Virus record (IMG/VR): IMGVR_UViG_3300037276_000070
Coordinates: 1-59,352 of that record
DNA length: 59,352 bases
Strand: one strand, 5' to 3'
From: a virus
Lineage: Duplodnaviria; Caudoviricetes
Positions 6,661-15,896 of this stretch are shown here, in pieces; within the stretch, counting starts at the first letter, position 1; every line of letters begins with the position of its first letter. Under the pieces are notes generated by a model. That model did not search any database, was not told where the DNA came from, and saw only the letters and a list, made by a program, of their open reading frames with translations. A program made the translations under genes and the position numbers.

Positions 6661-8848
6661 TTTTGAATACCGAGGAGACTGGTCAGACGACCCAAGTGTG
6701 TCCTATCCCGTTGGTGTAGCATTAAGCGATACTCGGGGTAGTTGCTATATCCCTTTCGTAACCTCAGATGGCCAGCACGACCGCCCCAAGTTTCTCGCGT
6801 TCTTAGCGCTGCTCAAGGATGAGCAGACTCCTCTCCTTGCCCACAATGTTTATGCTGATGCAGGCTGGGCGGTCCGTGAGGGCTTCGAGTTGAACTGGCA
6901 TGCCTGCACCTACGCGACGGCCAAGCTGCTTGCCACCGAAGGCTGGAAGGGGCAGCGCTGGGGTCTCAAGGGACTACAGACCGAACTGCTGGGATGGGAG
7001 GAGACGAATGAGTCAGAGCTACACTCCTGGTTGGTTATGCATAGTTGCACTAAAGCGAAATCCAAGGTGGCTAAGCCGGGCAAGTATCTGGCTGGAGATG
7101 GCGCCTGGTACTCTCCAGATAAATCTGCAATGTGGCAAGCACCTGTGGGAATCTTGGGACATTACTCAGCCCTGGATGCTGATGCTTGCTGGCAGCTTTG
7201 GACGCATGTGCTCTCGCCAGTGCTCACGGATTGGTCCCACTTCCTGGGCGTCAGGCAGTATTGGGCCGATTACCCTAGTTACATACGGCTTCTTATCGGA
7301 CAACGCCTTCGAGGCATCCAACTCAACTTAGGAGCACTTCATGCCTACACTGTACAACTCGAAGAACGTATCGCTGTGGCGACGGCTGCTCTTCTGGCCG
7401 ATGGCTCGGTTCGCGGTGCTGCTATTGCGTGGTGCCAGGCACGTGCTGCCGAGTCCCTCAGCGAAGAGCCTCCTCGTCATACGGCTGCCGAACTGGGAGC
7501 TTACGCTAAAAGACAGGCGGCCTATCAGGCCAGACTCAGTCGCTGGACTGCAGAATGTGCTAAAGCAGAGGCAAGAGCAGCTGTCGGCGGAGGAGCAGAT
7601 GGACCTACAGGACGCCGAGCTGCTGCGCGCACTGTCCGGCCAGACCCGCCGCGAGGACTTGAACTAGGCCCCAAACTGAGCGGCAGATGGAAGCAGTGGG
7701 AGGCCAAGAAGGCCAGACTGGCTGAAGCCGTCGAGAAGCTGGAGGCGTTCAACCTGGACTCACCTGCCCAGCTGGGCTGGCTGCTCTATGAGGCGCTCCG
7801 GCTACCGGTCCAATACTCGCACAAGACGGGCAAGCCGAGCACCGACAAGGCAGCCCTCAAGGCGCTTGGGCCACTGGGCCGCCAGCTCCTAGCTAGGACC
7901 AAGCTGGTCAAGCTGCTCCAGTTCTGCAAACAGATGCAGACCCTACAGCGGGACGGCATCCTCCGGCCCGGCTTCCGCACCCCTGGGACGCTAACTGGTC
8001 GCCTGGGAGGCAGCAAGCCTAACATCCAGCAGATGCCCAAGGACCCCGAGTTCTTGCGGGTGTTCGCAGCCCGACCCGGCTACACGCTGGTGGCCTGTGA
8101 CGTGTCCTCGCTGGAAAATAGAGTGCTTGCCGAGCTGTCCAAGGACCCCAGTCTAATGCAGCTCTACGGCCCGTCAGCGCGTGTCGGGAATGATTCGTAC
8201 CTGTTCAACGGGTCCAACATGCCTATCATCGGGCCAGTCATCCGGGCAGCCGGTTACGACCCGGACAACTGGACACCGGAAAGCATCGCTGCCGCCAAGA
8301 AGGCCTGTCCTAAGGAGCGTGCGATTGCCAAGCAGATTACCCTGGCGGCGAACTATGGGGCAGGGCCAAGACGCATCCACGAGTCCGTGGTAAGCGAGGG
8401 CGGCACAGCTACCCTGGAACAGGTGCAGACCATGCATGCCGGCTTCTGGACCCTCTACGCCGGCATCAAGGAGTATGAGGCCTGGCTGCGTTGGTGCTGG
8501 AACCGGAACGAGGGCTGGGTGCTGAACGGCATCGGTCGACCCATCGGTGTGGACGAGTCGAAGAGCAAGGACCTGGTCAACCGGGTCTGCCAGTCAACTG
8601 GACACGACTGCTTCATCCGCCTGCTGCTCATCACGGACCGCCTGCTCAAGGAGGCCGGGCTGGACGCACACCCCTGGATTGGTGACCTGCATGACGCGTG
8701 CTATTATGAGGTGAGGGATTCGGATGTTGCAGCGGCACTTGACATCCTAGAGACGAAAGCGTACAGTGTGCTGAATGCGGAGCTGCAAGGGCAGGTGCCA
8801 CTCAGCGGCGAGGCCCACACCGGGGCGCATTGGGGGGAACTCATCTGA
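6533..8848 (+). CDS. polA: Family A DNA polymerase with 3'-5' exonuclease domain
   Basis: ExoI LDFE, ExoII HNVYAD, ExoIII YSALDA; TLTGRL, PNIQQMP; motif A CDVSSLENR, B RAIAKQITLAANYGAG, C LHDA. Confidence 0.96.
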   Translation: MGYVLLQPKKLAPRIDKLRVLDHQESWKWAVQQAPKGQPVALDFEYRGDWSDDPSVSYPVGVALSDTRGSCYIPFVTSDGQHDRPKFLAFLALLKDEQTPLLAHNVYADAGWAVREGFELNWHACTYATAKLLATEGWKGQRWGLKGLQTELLGWEETNESELHSWLVMHSCTKAKSKVAKPGKYLAGDGAWYSPDKSAMWQAPVGILGHYSALDADACWQLWTHVLSPVLTDWSHFLGVRQYWADYPSYIRLLIGQRLRGIQLNLGALHAYTVQLEERIAVATAALLADGSVRGAAIAWCQARAAESLSEEPPRHTAAELGAYAKRQAAYQARLSRWTAECAKAEARAAVGGGADGPTGRRAAARTVRPDPPRGLELGPKLSGRWKQWEAKKARLAEAVEKLEAFNLDSPAQLGWLLYEALRLPVQYSHKTGKPSTDKAALKALGPLGRQLLARTKLVKLLQFCKQMQTLQRDGILRPGFRTPGTLTGRLGGSKPNIQQMPKDPEFLRVFAARPGYTLVACDVSSLENRVLAELSKDPSLMQLYGPSARVGNDSYLFNGSNMPIIGPVIRAAGYDPDNWTPESIAAAKKACPKERAIAKQITLAANYGAGPRRIHESVVSEGGTATLEQVQTMHAGFWTLYAGIKEYEAWLRWCWNRNEGWVLNGIGRPIGVDESKSKDLVNRVCQSTGHDCFIRLLLITDRLLKEAGLDAHPWIGDLHDACYYEVRDSDVAAALDILETKAYSVLNAELQGQVPLSGEAHTGAHWGELI
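8739..8767 (+). promoter_or_regulatory. sigma70-type promoter inside the polA 3' end
   Basis: TTGACA-17-TACAGT, about 80 nt upstream of the next gene. Confidence 0.6.
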
Positions 8849-9402
8849 TGGCGAAGCCACCTAAATACAAGTCACAGCTCTCACAGGACGTAGTCACCTA
8901 TGCAGATATCATTATGGAAAAAAGCATGCTTTGTTTGGACCCGTCTTCTGGTTCGTCGGGCTCTGTTCCTGGCTACGCCCTATTCAAGGCCGGAGTCCTC
9001 GTCGACGCTGGAACGGTCGCTCTTCCCCGTGGAACCCGCTCCATCCAGAATCGTCTGTATCTCCTGCGCAAGGCGCTTGAAGCAGAGTTCGAGCAGCCTG
9101 ACATACTTAACATCGAGAAGATTGGAATCCATGCAGGTGCTGCCAAGTTCGTCCACAAAGGAACCATGTCGCTCATCAAGTCGGTGGGCACATGCATCTC
9201 TGTTTGGGATTGTCCGACGATAGAGACTGCACCTATGACTTGGCATTCCTTATTGCCTAAGACAGGCTATGTAAAAACGGATAGCCATGATGCGGTCTGT
9301 TTGGGCCTGGCTGCCCTAACTCTGTTGGCCAGACACCAAGGAATGCCGGACCCTGTGTGGCCAGAGTTCCTATTTCATCCAGAGGAGGAAGCCAATGGCT
9401 AA
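8848..9402 (+). CDS. RuvC-like Holliday junction resolvase
   Basis: LCLDPS, GYALF, NIEK and DSHDAV pattern of an RNase H-fold resolvase. Confidence 0.7.
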   Translation: MAKPPKYKSQLSQDVVTYADIIMEKSMLCLDPSSGSSGSVPGYALFKAGVLVDAGTVALPRGTRSIQNRLYLLRKALEAEFEQPDILNIEKIGIHAGAAKFVHKGTMSLIKSVGTCISVWDCPTIETAPMTWHSLLPKTGYVKTDSHDAVCLGLAALTLLARHQGMPDPVWPEFLFHPEEEANG

Positions 9403-9757
9403 GGCAGCAAAGCAACTTGAAGCGACGGCAATACAGGTGGCCGGTCAAGACTGGTCCATACAGCGCCGTAGCTTTGACCGAGGTGATGTGTCCTGCTATG
9501 GTGTCACCGAGACTATGGACCACACTGTCACCATCTATGAGCAGCCCCACACTGACCATCCAGCTACTGGGGACCGCGAGAGCACGCTCATTCATGAGCT
9601 GATGCATGTTGCTCTCAAGAGCACAGGCCTCACTGCTTTACTTAAGGATGAAGTAGAGGAAGCCATTGTCTCTGGGTTGGAGCAAGCCCTACGCCCGCAT
9701 ATTCAACTGAGGCCTGAGCTTCTGAAGGTCTTCTTAGCAGTACAGGTGAAACCATGA
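9395..9757 (+). CDS. HExxH zincin-like metallopeptidase
   Basis: YG.T...TVTI, TLIHELMH and a downstream EE.IV. Confidence 0.75.
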   Translation: MAKAAKQLEATAIQVAGQDWSIQRRSFDRGDVSCYGVTETMDHTVTIYEQPHTDHPATGDRESTLIHELMHVALKSTGLTALLKDEVEEAIVSGLEQALRPHIQLRPELLKVFLAVQVKP

Positions 9758-10128
9758 CCATGCCAAGAGTTAGAGATTTCGATTATGTAGCTGGCAAGAA
9801 ATATGATAGCATGATGGGGCGCTGCTATCGAGAGAGCGACCGCTCCTTCAAGCACTACAATCGCCTAGGCATCAAGGTTTGCACTGCCTGGATTAAGGAC
9901 GTGAACGTGTTCAGGCAGTGGTGCAGAGAACAGTTACAGAAGCAGGACATCCCAGAACACCTTTTCATTGCACATCCGGGTTCCTATCAACTTGACCGTA
10001 AAGCAGGAGGCAGTTCACACTACACTCCTGACAATTGTCAGTTTCTCTCGGCTCAGGCGAATGCCCGTAATAAGGCTAATGTACGTCGTATCTTCACTTC
10101 AGCAGAAGGCGACGAGGTAGAAGTATGA
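9754..10128 (+). CDS. HNH-like endonuclease
   Basis: MMGRCY...Y..LGIKVC..W...F..W...LDR...HYTPDNCQF...N..N pattern. Confidence 0.78.
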   Translation: MTMPRVRDFDYVAGKKYDSMMGRCYRESDRSFKHYNRLGIKVCTAWIKDVNVFRQWCREQLQKQDIPEHLFIAHPGSYQLDRKAGGSSHYTPDNCQFLSAQANARNKANVRRIFTSAEGDEVEV

Positions 10129-10670
10129 AGTGGCTTCTTACCGTGATGCTAATCTTAGTAGCAGGAGGATGCGGTGCCTACGAAACGCGTTTCTATAAAG
10201 ACCACATTACAGTCACTCCAAAGCCTGGACCGCAGGGTCCACCGGGAAATCCAGGAGCTACGGGGCCGATTGGTGGAATCGGAGAAACAGGGAGCCAAGG
10301 TCCAACTGGCTCTATGGGAAATCCAGGACAAGTTGGGGCTACGGGTCCAGCAGGGCAAGTCGGCGCAGCAGGGCAGATGGGCGATGTGGGCCCAGAGGGT
10401 CCGGTCGGCGCTGCGGGGCCTCAAGGCCTTCCTGGTCTGGACTCCCCCGGAGTGACTGTTGTCCAGTTCTGCGCTGATGATACCTCCCAGTTCCCTGAGT
10501 ACGGCCTAGTCATCGGAGGCAGTATCTACGCGGTGTACTGGGGCAGCACGCCGGCCTCTGGAGGGGCGGCACAGGCCTTCCTGGCTCGCGTGGTCCCTGG
10601 GGCCTACTACTCCACCGGGGGCAACGGGTGCTCCTTTGTGGTGAACGCAGATGGGAGTATATCACCATGA
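10125..10670 (+). CDS. Collagen-like (G-X-Y) lipoprotein with Cys-containing C-terminal domain
   Basis: Signal peptide ending VAGGC, followed by a long uninterrupted G-X-Y run. Confidence 0.85.
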   Translation: MKWLLTVMLILVAGGCGAYETRFYKDHITVTPKPGPQGPPGNPGATGPIGGIGETGSQGPTGSMGNPGQVGATGPAGQVGAAGQMGDVGPEGPVGAAGPQGLPGLDSPGVTVVQFCADDTSQFPEYGLVIGGSIYAVYWGSTPASGGAAQAFLARVVPGAYYSTGGNGCSFVVNADGSISP

Positions 10671-10852
10671 ACGCCGAACTGCACCTATCCGGCCTACAGC
10701 TCTGCATCCTCGCCAGCCTCTGGCTCTGCAATTGGGTCATTGCCTGCTTGACTTGGGAACGGGTCGGGCGTATACAGGAACTGTTCATCCAGCTGGAGCG
10801 GGACAGCTACCAGCGCAAGGTCATCAACATCACACGACGCAAGGGGAAGTGA
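10667..10852 (+). CDS. Small membrane protein
   Basis: ATGA coupling, one hydrophobic helix and a basic tail. Confidence 0.6.
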   Translation: MNAELHLSGLQLCILASLWLCNWVIACLTWERVGRIQELFIQLERDSYQRKVINITRRKGK

Positions 10853-10855
10853 ACT

Positions 10856-11158
10856 ATGGGAACGAACGACCAAGACACACTGACTGAGTGCTACCAACAA
10901 GAAGACCATTCAGCAGAGCACCCGTTCAACCTGCCACCTGACCAGTGGCCTTCCGAGATTCTGGGTCAGGACTTCATCGCAGTGGACCCAGAATTTAAGG
11001 GCTTACGGGTCAAGTGCGTCAGACATGACCAGGGTCTAGTTGCAAATGTACGTTGTAAGATACTCTCGTCTAAACAAGTTGAAGATATTGGTCAAGAGTA
11101 TGACACATTGGAATCCCATTTCCGGAAGCACTACACCTACGCTCCCAAGGAGGGCTGA
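10856..11158 (+). CDS. Hypothetical protein
   Basis: 100-aa ORF tiling the operon, with RBS. Confidence 0.65.
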   Translation: MGTNDQDTLTECYQQEDHSAEHPFNLPPDQWPSEILGQDFIAVDPEFKGLRVKCVRHDQGLVANVRCKILSSKQVEDIGQEYDTLESHFRKHYTYAPKEG

Positions 11159-11159
11159 G

Positions 11160-11417
11160 ATGCCCATGTACGACTGGGTCTGCAAAGCATGCGGCCGGAC
11201 CACCAGCACCATCTGCTCTCCGGATGACCGTGACGTTCAGCCTGCTGATGTACACGACAGCTGCTCTATGTCTCCAGGTGGCCCAGACGAGCCCCATGAG
11301 TGGATACGTGAGCTGCCCAAGTCGTCCAAGGTCATCAGAGGGAAGTCCTGGGGCGGCGGGAAGGGGAATTGGCTGTATCTGCTTGCCTTTCTACCGTATA
11401 CACTAGGTAGCTGGTGA
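11160..11417 (+). CDS. FmdB-like zinc-ribbon protein
   Basis: MPMYDWVCKACG N-terminus; AGGAGG RBS. Confidence 0.75.
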   Translation: MPMYDWVCKACGRTTSTICSPDDRDVQPADVHDSCSMSPGGPDEPHEWIRELPKSSKVIRGKSWGGGKGNWLYLLAFLPYTLGSW

Positions 11418-11698
11418 ATGGGGATTATGTCATGAGCACGGTCAAGCAGGAACTCTCCTTCATTGCCTCCGTCTGGGTCATCCTGGGCCTGGTCTACCTC
11501 TTCGCCCTCTTCTGTTGTGCGGGCTGCGTCGGGTGGCAGGAGCCTGAGCCACCTAACCGGTCCGGCCCCCGCTACTGGCGCGAGTCGGAACACATGGACT
11601 TCATGACAGCCTGCCAGACGGCCTGCGACGACAGGATGCAGGCCTACACCACCAGCACCGGCAAGTGCGAATGCGCCCCGGCAAGGAGTCACAAGTGA
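11414..11698 (+). CDS. Small membrane/lipoprotein with Cys-rich C-terminus
   Basis: TM helix, CAGC and CxxxC...CxC. Confidence 0.6.
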   Translation: MNGDYVMSTVKQELSFIASVWVILGLVYLFALFCCAGCVGWQEPEPPNRSGPRYWRESEHMDFMTACQTACDDRMQAYTTSTGKCECAPARSHK

Positions 11699-12087
11699 CA
11701 CGAAGCATGCAGAAGGCCAAAGTAGTCACTGGCGTCTGTGTACCCTACGGGGCAGGGATGAACCAGGACCGTGACACCATCTACATCGACAAGCGTATTC
11801 CGAAGGCGGCCTGGCCCTTCATCGAGATACACGAAACGGCCGAGGCTGCCATCATGCACCTCCTGGGCATCAAGTATCAGAAGGCTCACCTGATGGCCAC
11901 TGCGGCAGAGCATGAGGCTGTACGCCAGGCCGGCTTCGACCCCGCTGAGTATGAGCAGTCACTGAAGGCCGCCCTGGCAGCCGCAGAGCACGACTGGAAG
12001 GGCATACCGGATGACCTGGACATGGAGCCCTACCTCGACAGCGGCGAGCATGAGCTGGTCCGCAAGATGCTCGGTGGAGCAGGTTGA
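11695..12087 (+). CDS. Putative metal-binding protein (HExxE...H)
   Basis: IYIDKR, IHETAE and KAH...AEH motifs; AAGGAG RBS. Confidence 0.65.
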   Translation: MTRSMQKAKVVTGVCVPYGAGMNQDRDTIYIDKRIPKAAWPFIEIHETAEAAIMHLLGIKYQKAHLMATAAEHEAVRQAGFDPAEYEQSLKAALAAAEHDWKGIPDDLDMEPYLDSGEHELVRKMLGGAG

Positions 12088-12091
12088 GGGG

Positions 12092-12120
12092 TTGACAGGT
12101 AGGCCGGATTGATGTAGCTT
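12092..12120 (+). promoter_or_regulatory. sigma70-type promoter
   Basis: TTGACA-17-TAGCTT, intergenic. Confidence 0.75.
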
Positions 12121-12146
12121 CCATCTACCAACTGGGAGGGCAGACC

Positions 12147-12623
12147 GTGAGTGAGTTAGACAACGGCAAGCAGGGTTTGGGCGGCAAAAAGTTCGACAAT
12201 GGCAAACCAGACCTGAGCCTGGTACCTCACTCTGCGACCAGTGTGGAGGCACAGGTGTTCGGCTTCGGTGCGGTCAAATACGGCAGGGACAACTACAAGG
12301 AAGGCATGGAGTCGCACCGCCTGGTGGCCGCTTGCCTTCGTCACATTGGCGCCTGGCAGGAGGGTGAGTCGCTCGACCCTGAGTCTGGCCTGTCCCACCT
12401 GGGGCATGCGAGGTGCTGCCTGGCCATGCTCATCGAACTCGACCGCCTCGGTACCCTGAAGGATACCCGCTACGTACCCGCAAGCCCCCTGGTCCAGCCA
12501 CCTGGCCTGCAGGTCAGTATCGGAGGTGACACGTTCAACTCGGCTGTCTCTATGCCCTCTTTCAAGGAGCAACAGGCAATTGAGGCCCAACGGGAATTCC
12601 AACGCATACGAGGAGGTGGGTAA
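12147..12623 (+). CDS. dATP/dGTP diphosphohydrolase domain protein (DUF5664)
   Basis: KFDNGKPDLSLVP, FGAVKYGRDNY, RH and DPESGLSHLGHA motifs. Confidence 0.9.
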   Translation: MSELDNGKQGLGGKKFDNGKPDLSLVPHSATSVEAQVFGFGAVKYGRDNYKEGMESHRLVAACLRHIGAWQEGESLDPESGLSHLGHARCCLAMLIELDRLGTLKDTRYVPASPLVQPPGLQVSIGGDTFNSAVSMPSFKEQQAIEAQREFQRIRGGG

Positions 12624-12766
12624 TGCAATTCGCAACTGACCAGACAGCAGGGCTCTTCATCTTACTAGTGTTGACAGTCATCCTCGGCTGCATGGTTTTT
12701 GGAGCCTGGATTTCGGACCACCTAGGCAACCGGTTCAGTAGCAACCAGGAGGACACAGATGAATGA
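12623..12766 (+). CDS. 47-aa single-TM protein (not in the ORF track)
   Basis: MQFATDQTAGLFILLVLTVILGCMVFGAWISDH...; GGAGG RBS; fills the gap between neighbours. Confidence 0.65.
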   Translation: MQFATDQTAGLFILLVLTVILGCMVFGAWISDHLGNRFSSNQEDTDE

Positions 12767-13328
12767 CACGATTCAAGGCACCCCGAGTCCATATGCGCCA
12801 CACCGCTTCAAGGACTGCATGGTAGACATCGAGTCGCTTGGCAACGGTAAGTCGTGCTGCATCGTCCAGATTGGTGCCTGCTACTTCGACCGGCTCACTG
12901 GCGAGATTGGTCCCACCTTCAAGCGCAACGTGGATGCAGCCTCCAACGGGACCATCGATGCAGCCACCGTCTACTGGTGGCTGGGTCAGATGCGTGAAGC
13001 TCAGGACTCCATCCTGGCCAGCCCACGTGAGCCTATCCAGGACGTACTGAATGCGTTCCGCGAATTCCTTGAGCCATGTACCGCCCTCTGGTCGCATGCC
13101 ACCTTCGACTTCGTGGCCATACAGGAAGCCTACAAGTCGCAGGGGGTCAGGCCCTTCTCCTACCGACTGGCTCGGGATATCAGGACGCTCATCGACCTGG
13201 CCAAGGTGAGTATGAGCGCGTTCCCCAGAGAGGGCACGCACCATGATGGACTGGATGATGCCAAGCATCAGGTCAAGTACTGTGTGGCTGCATTTCAGAA
13301 GTTGGCAAAGAAGGGAGGCTTGTTGTGA
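12759..13328 (+). CDS. DEDDh 3'-5' exonuclease (Rv2179c/exoVIII-like)
   Basis: MVDIESLG, IVQIGAC, TFD, RDIRT and HHDGLDDAKHQ motifs. Confidence 0.9.
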   Translation: MNDTIQGTPSPYAPHRFKDCMVDIESLGNGKSCCIVQIGACYFDRLTGEIGPTFKRNVDAASNGTIDAATVYWWLGQMREAQDSILASPREPIQDVLNAFREFLEPCTALWSHATFDFVAIQEAYKSQGVRPFSYRLARDIRTLIDLAKVSMSAFPREGTHHDGLDDAKHQVKYCVAAFQKLAKKGGLL

Positions 13329-13807
13329 CCCAAGTACCACAGGCAGCTTTGGACCTAGTCATGCACTACGAATCCTGGCGCGGCGATGCCTACCCTGACC
13401 CTGCCACTGGAGGGGCCCCCTGGACCATGGGCTTCGGCTTCACCCAGGGCGTGTTCAAGGGCGACTCCATCTCCTATGCCGACTCGGTCCGTGTTCTCGG
13501 TACCCTACTTGGCACTCTGGCTGACCAGATAACAGGAGCCTTGCAGGTCGAGGCTGACCCCAACCAGCTGTCTGCCTTCCTCTCGTTCGCATACAACGAG
13601 GGCTTCGGTGCGCTCAACTCCAGCACCCTGTTCCGCCTGTTCAATGCCGGTGACACAGCCGGAGCGGCTGCCGAGTTCGACAAGTGGGACAAGGCGGCCG
13701 GTAAGACGATGAAGGGGCTGCAGCGGCGCCGGAGGGCCGAGTCCCTGGTGTTCCAAGGAAGCTCGGTCCCAGATGCCATACAGGCGGCGGAGGGGGCATT
13801 CCCGTGA
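13325..13807 (+). CDS. GH24 phage lysozyme (endolysin)
   Basis: E...AYPD...WTMGFG, Q.SA.LSFAYN.G, SSTL and GL.RRR.AE motifs. Confidence 0.93.
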   Translation: MTQVPQAALDLVMHYESWRGDAYPDPATGGAPWTMGFGFTQGVFKGDSISYADSVRVLGTLLGTLADQITGALQVEADPNQLSAFLSFAYNEGFGALNSSTLFRLFNAGDTAGAAAEFDKWDKAAGKTMKGLQRRRRAESLVFQGSSVPDAIQAAEGAFP

Positions 13808-14070
13808 GCAGAGGTTGGAGCAAGAGGCCCTGGAAGCATGCCTTCAAGCGGTGGAGAGCGCCGCCTATCCCCCTGACTCCAGAGCAGCTTGCAGAAAGGG
13901 CTAGACAGGCATGGCGGTTGCACGCCTCCCCTCTCGACATAGCCCTGTATGACACCATGCAGTCGTTGAAGCGACAGATGTTCCTTGACCTCTATGGAGA
14001 CGGAACCAGGACAGAGGATAGGAACTTCCTAGGACTAGGAGCTTTGATACATGACGACAAGACTAAATGA
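13804..14070 (+). CDS. Small protein with a major-capsid-protein-like segment
   Basis: LKRQMFLDLYGDGT...FLGLGALIHD resembles this phage's own MCP segments MKRLLCQQFYGDGT and MTGLDALIRND. Confidence 0.6.
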   Translation: MSRGWSKRPWKHAFKRWRAPPIPLTPEQLAERARQAWRLHASPLDIALYDTMQSLKRQMFLDLYGDGTRTEDRNFLGLGALIHDDKTK

Positions 14071-14731
14071 TTCGGTCATCCACTGGTACCACGATGAGCA
14101 TGGCAACTTGGTCAACATGCTGGTGCCAATCACTGACGTGGAAGAACTCAAGAAGCTCATCAGCAAGGCGGAGTCTATCCTCCTGGATGCCACTGCAGGC
14201 AATGTGGCCAGCGAGCCTGGATTGGTGAGCTGGGCAGACTTTGCCCATTACACGTCTTCTCGGCCTCCACCCACGTACTATGTCCCTAAGCAGCCACATC
14301 CGCTCTACCCTGAGGAGTCTGAACGTGACCCCCACAAGGAAATCGCCCGGTACCGAGAAGCCGAGAGCCACGACATTGGACTCAGCCTCCGCACCTACGG
14401 CGAAAGGGGCGAAGCGCTCCATCCTCACATTCTTGCCGCCGCATTTGACCCCGCGACCTGGGCAAGTCCAGGCGCTGCTAGCCGTGGAGGCGAACTGGGA
14501 CAAAGCGGAGGTCTTCGTTATCAATGCTCCCGTTGCAGCAGGAAAATCGTTACTGGCGACCACTATCGCAAAGTGGGCAACTTCTGGCACTGCCTCTGCG
14601 ACTATGGACAAGTCATCAAAAGCTCTGATTGTACCACCGAACAACATGCTCCTCCAGCAGTACCTGGACTCCAACCCACGGATGGCCACCCTCTGGGCGA
14701 AGGACCACTACCAGTGCGTGTCAAGCCGTGA
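14051..14731 (+). CDS. Hypothetical protein with C-terminal zinc-finger-like motif, overlapping the helicase by ~400 nt
   Basis: AGGAG RBS; the N-terminal half fills a gap; CSRC...HCLCDY lies in the overlap. Confidence 0.6.
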   Translation: MTTRLNDSVIHWYHDEHGNLVNMLVPITDVEELKKLISKAESILLDATAGNVASEPGLVSWADFAHYTSSRPPPTYYVPKQPHPLYPEESERDPHKEIARYREAESHDIGLSLRTYGERGEALHPHILAAAFDPATWASPGAASRGGELGQSGGLRYQCSRCSRKIVTGDHYRKVGNFWHCLCDYGQVIKSSDCTTEQHAPPAVPGLQPTDGHPLGEGPLPVRVKP

Positions 14732-15896
14732 AGGTGCCACCTGCAAGGAGATTGGCTCCGCACTGGGAAAGCCCTGCTGCCGAGAATGCCCATATACAAA
14801 GGCTAACAGATTGGTGCGTGCAGTCCCTTGGGCGGCCTGCAACGCCTATACCTACCTGGCTCATGGACTCTACGCTGATACTGTCCTCTTCGATGAGGCT
14901 CATGGCCTTCTTGGAATGGTACGAGACCTGGCGGCAAAGAAGCTGTGGCGACGGGTTTACGGATACCCTGCGTCACTGCAGTCTTATCGAGACCTACTTA
15001 GATGGGTTGGGGAGGCGCTGGAGGAGCGCCCAGGTGACGCCAAGCTGGTCACCCTCAAGGCCGACCTGGAGTCTGGGGCTAATCGCTATCTCGTGGAGCG
15101 TGGCGAAGACACGTACTTCGGAAAGCCGGCCGAATGCCTCAAGCTGCTTCCAGTTGATACCAGCAAGCAGCCTCCTTTCCTCTGGCCAGGGCTGGGGGAA
15201 GGTGGCAAGGGCAAGGGCAAGGTTAGCCGAGTCATCCTACTTAGCGCAACAATTGGGCCAAAGGACCTGGAGCAGCTCGGACTCAACCGGAAGCGGGTTG
15301 CCTGGATTGAGACGCCAAGCCCTATTGACAAGTCCCGACGGCCCTGTTACATTGAGTCCGGCTTCGATGTTAGTGCCAGAGCTAGCCCGGAAGATGCGAT
15401 GGCGCTGGTCACCCGAATCGCCGAGATAGCGGCAGCACACCCAGGACAAAAGGGAGTCATTCATGCCACGTACCAGCAAGCCCGTACACTCATGGGCTAT
15501 CTACCGGCCGGAGTCCGAGAACGAGTCCTGTCCCATGACAACAGAAACAAAGCTGACATTTACAGACAGTTTATTGAATCTGGAAGTGAGTCAGGTAGAA
15601 TTCTCCTTGCATCCGGAATGTATGAAGGCCTTGACCTGGTCGGGGACTTGGCACGTTGGCAAGTCATCGCCAAAGTCCCGTGGCCGCACCTCGGCGAGCC
15701 GGCCTGGAAGTGGCTCTCGGAAAGCGACCCGGAAAGGTACGGCTGGGAAGCGCTCAAGCTAGTGGTCCAGGCTTACGGCCGTGTGTGCCGAGGGCCGACA
15801 GACTTCGGGGAGACCTACATTCTGGACCGCTCCTTTAGTAGACTTGATTTAGGGCTAGCTCCGAGCTGGTTCAGGGAGGCTTGCATTTATGTCTAA
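14325..15896 (+). CDS. DinG/XPD-like SF2 helicase with Cys cluster
   Basis: RPGQ, APVAAGKS, C..C..CCRECPY, FDEAH, LSAT, EGLD, KVPWP, QAYGRVCR and ILD motifs; GTG start after GAGGAG. Confidence 0.92.
   Translation: MTPTRKSPGTEKPRATTLDSASAPTAKGAKRSILTFLPPHLTPRPGQVQALLAVEANWDKAEVFVINAPVAAGKSLLATTIAKWATSGTASATMDKSSKALIVPPNNMLLQQYLDSNPRMATLWAKDHYQCVSSREGATCKEIGSALGKPCCRECPYTKANRLVRAVPWAACNAYTYLAHGLYADTVLFDEAHGLLGMVRDLAAKKLWRRVYGYPASLQSYRDLLRWVGEALEERPGDAKLVTLKADLESGANRYLVERGEDTYFGKPAECLKLLPVDTSKQPPFLWPGLGEGGKGKGKVSRVILLSATIGPKDLEQLGLNRKRVAWIETPSPIDKSRRPCYIESGFDVSARASPEDAMALVTRIAEIAAAHPGQKGVIHATYQQARTLMGYLPAGVRERVLSHDNRNKADIYRQFIESGSESGRILLASGMYEGLDLVGDLARWQVIAKVPWPHLGEPAWKWLSESDPERYGWEALKLVVQAYGRVCRGPTDFGETYILDRSFSRLDLGLAPSWFREACIYV

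Noticed and set aside
12147-12623. Z-genome (2-aminoadenine) pathway
   Set aside because: No PurZ or HD-domain DatZ gene was recognised, and DUF5664 alone is insufficient.
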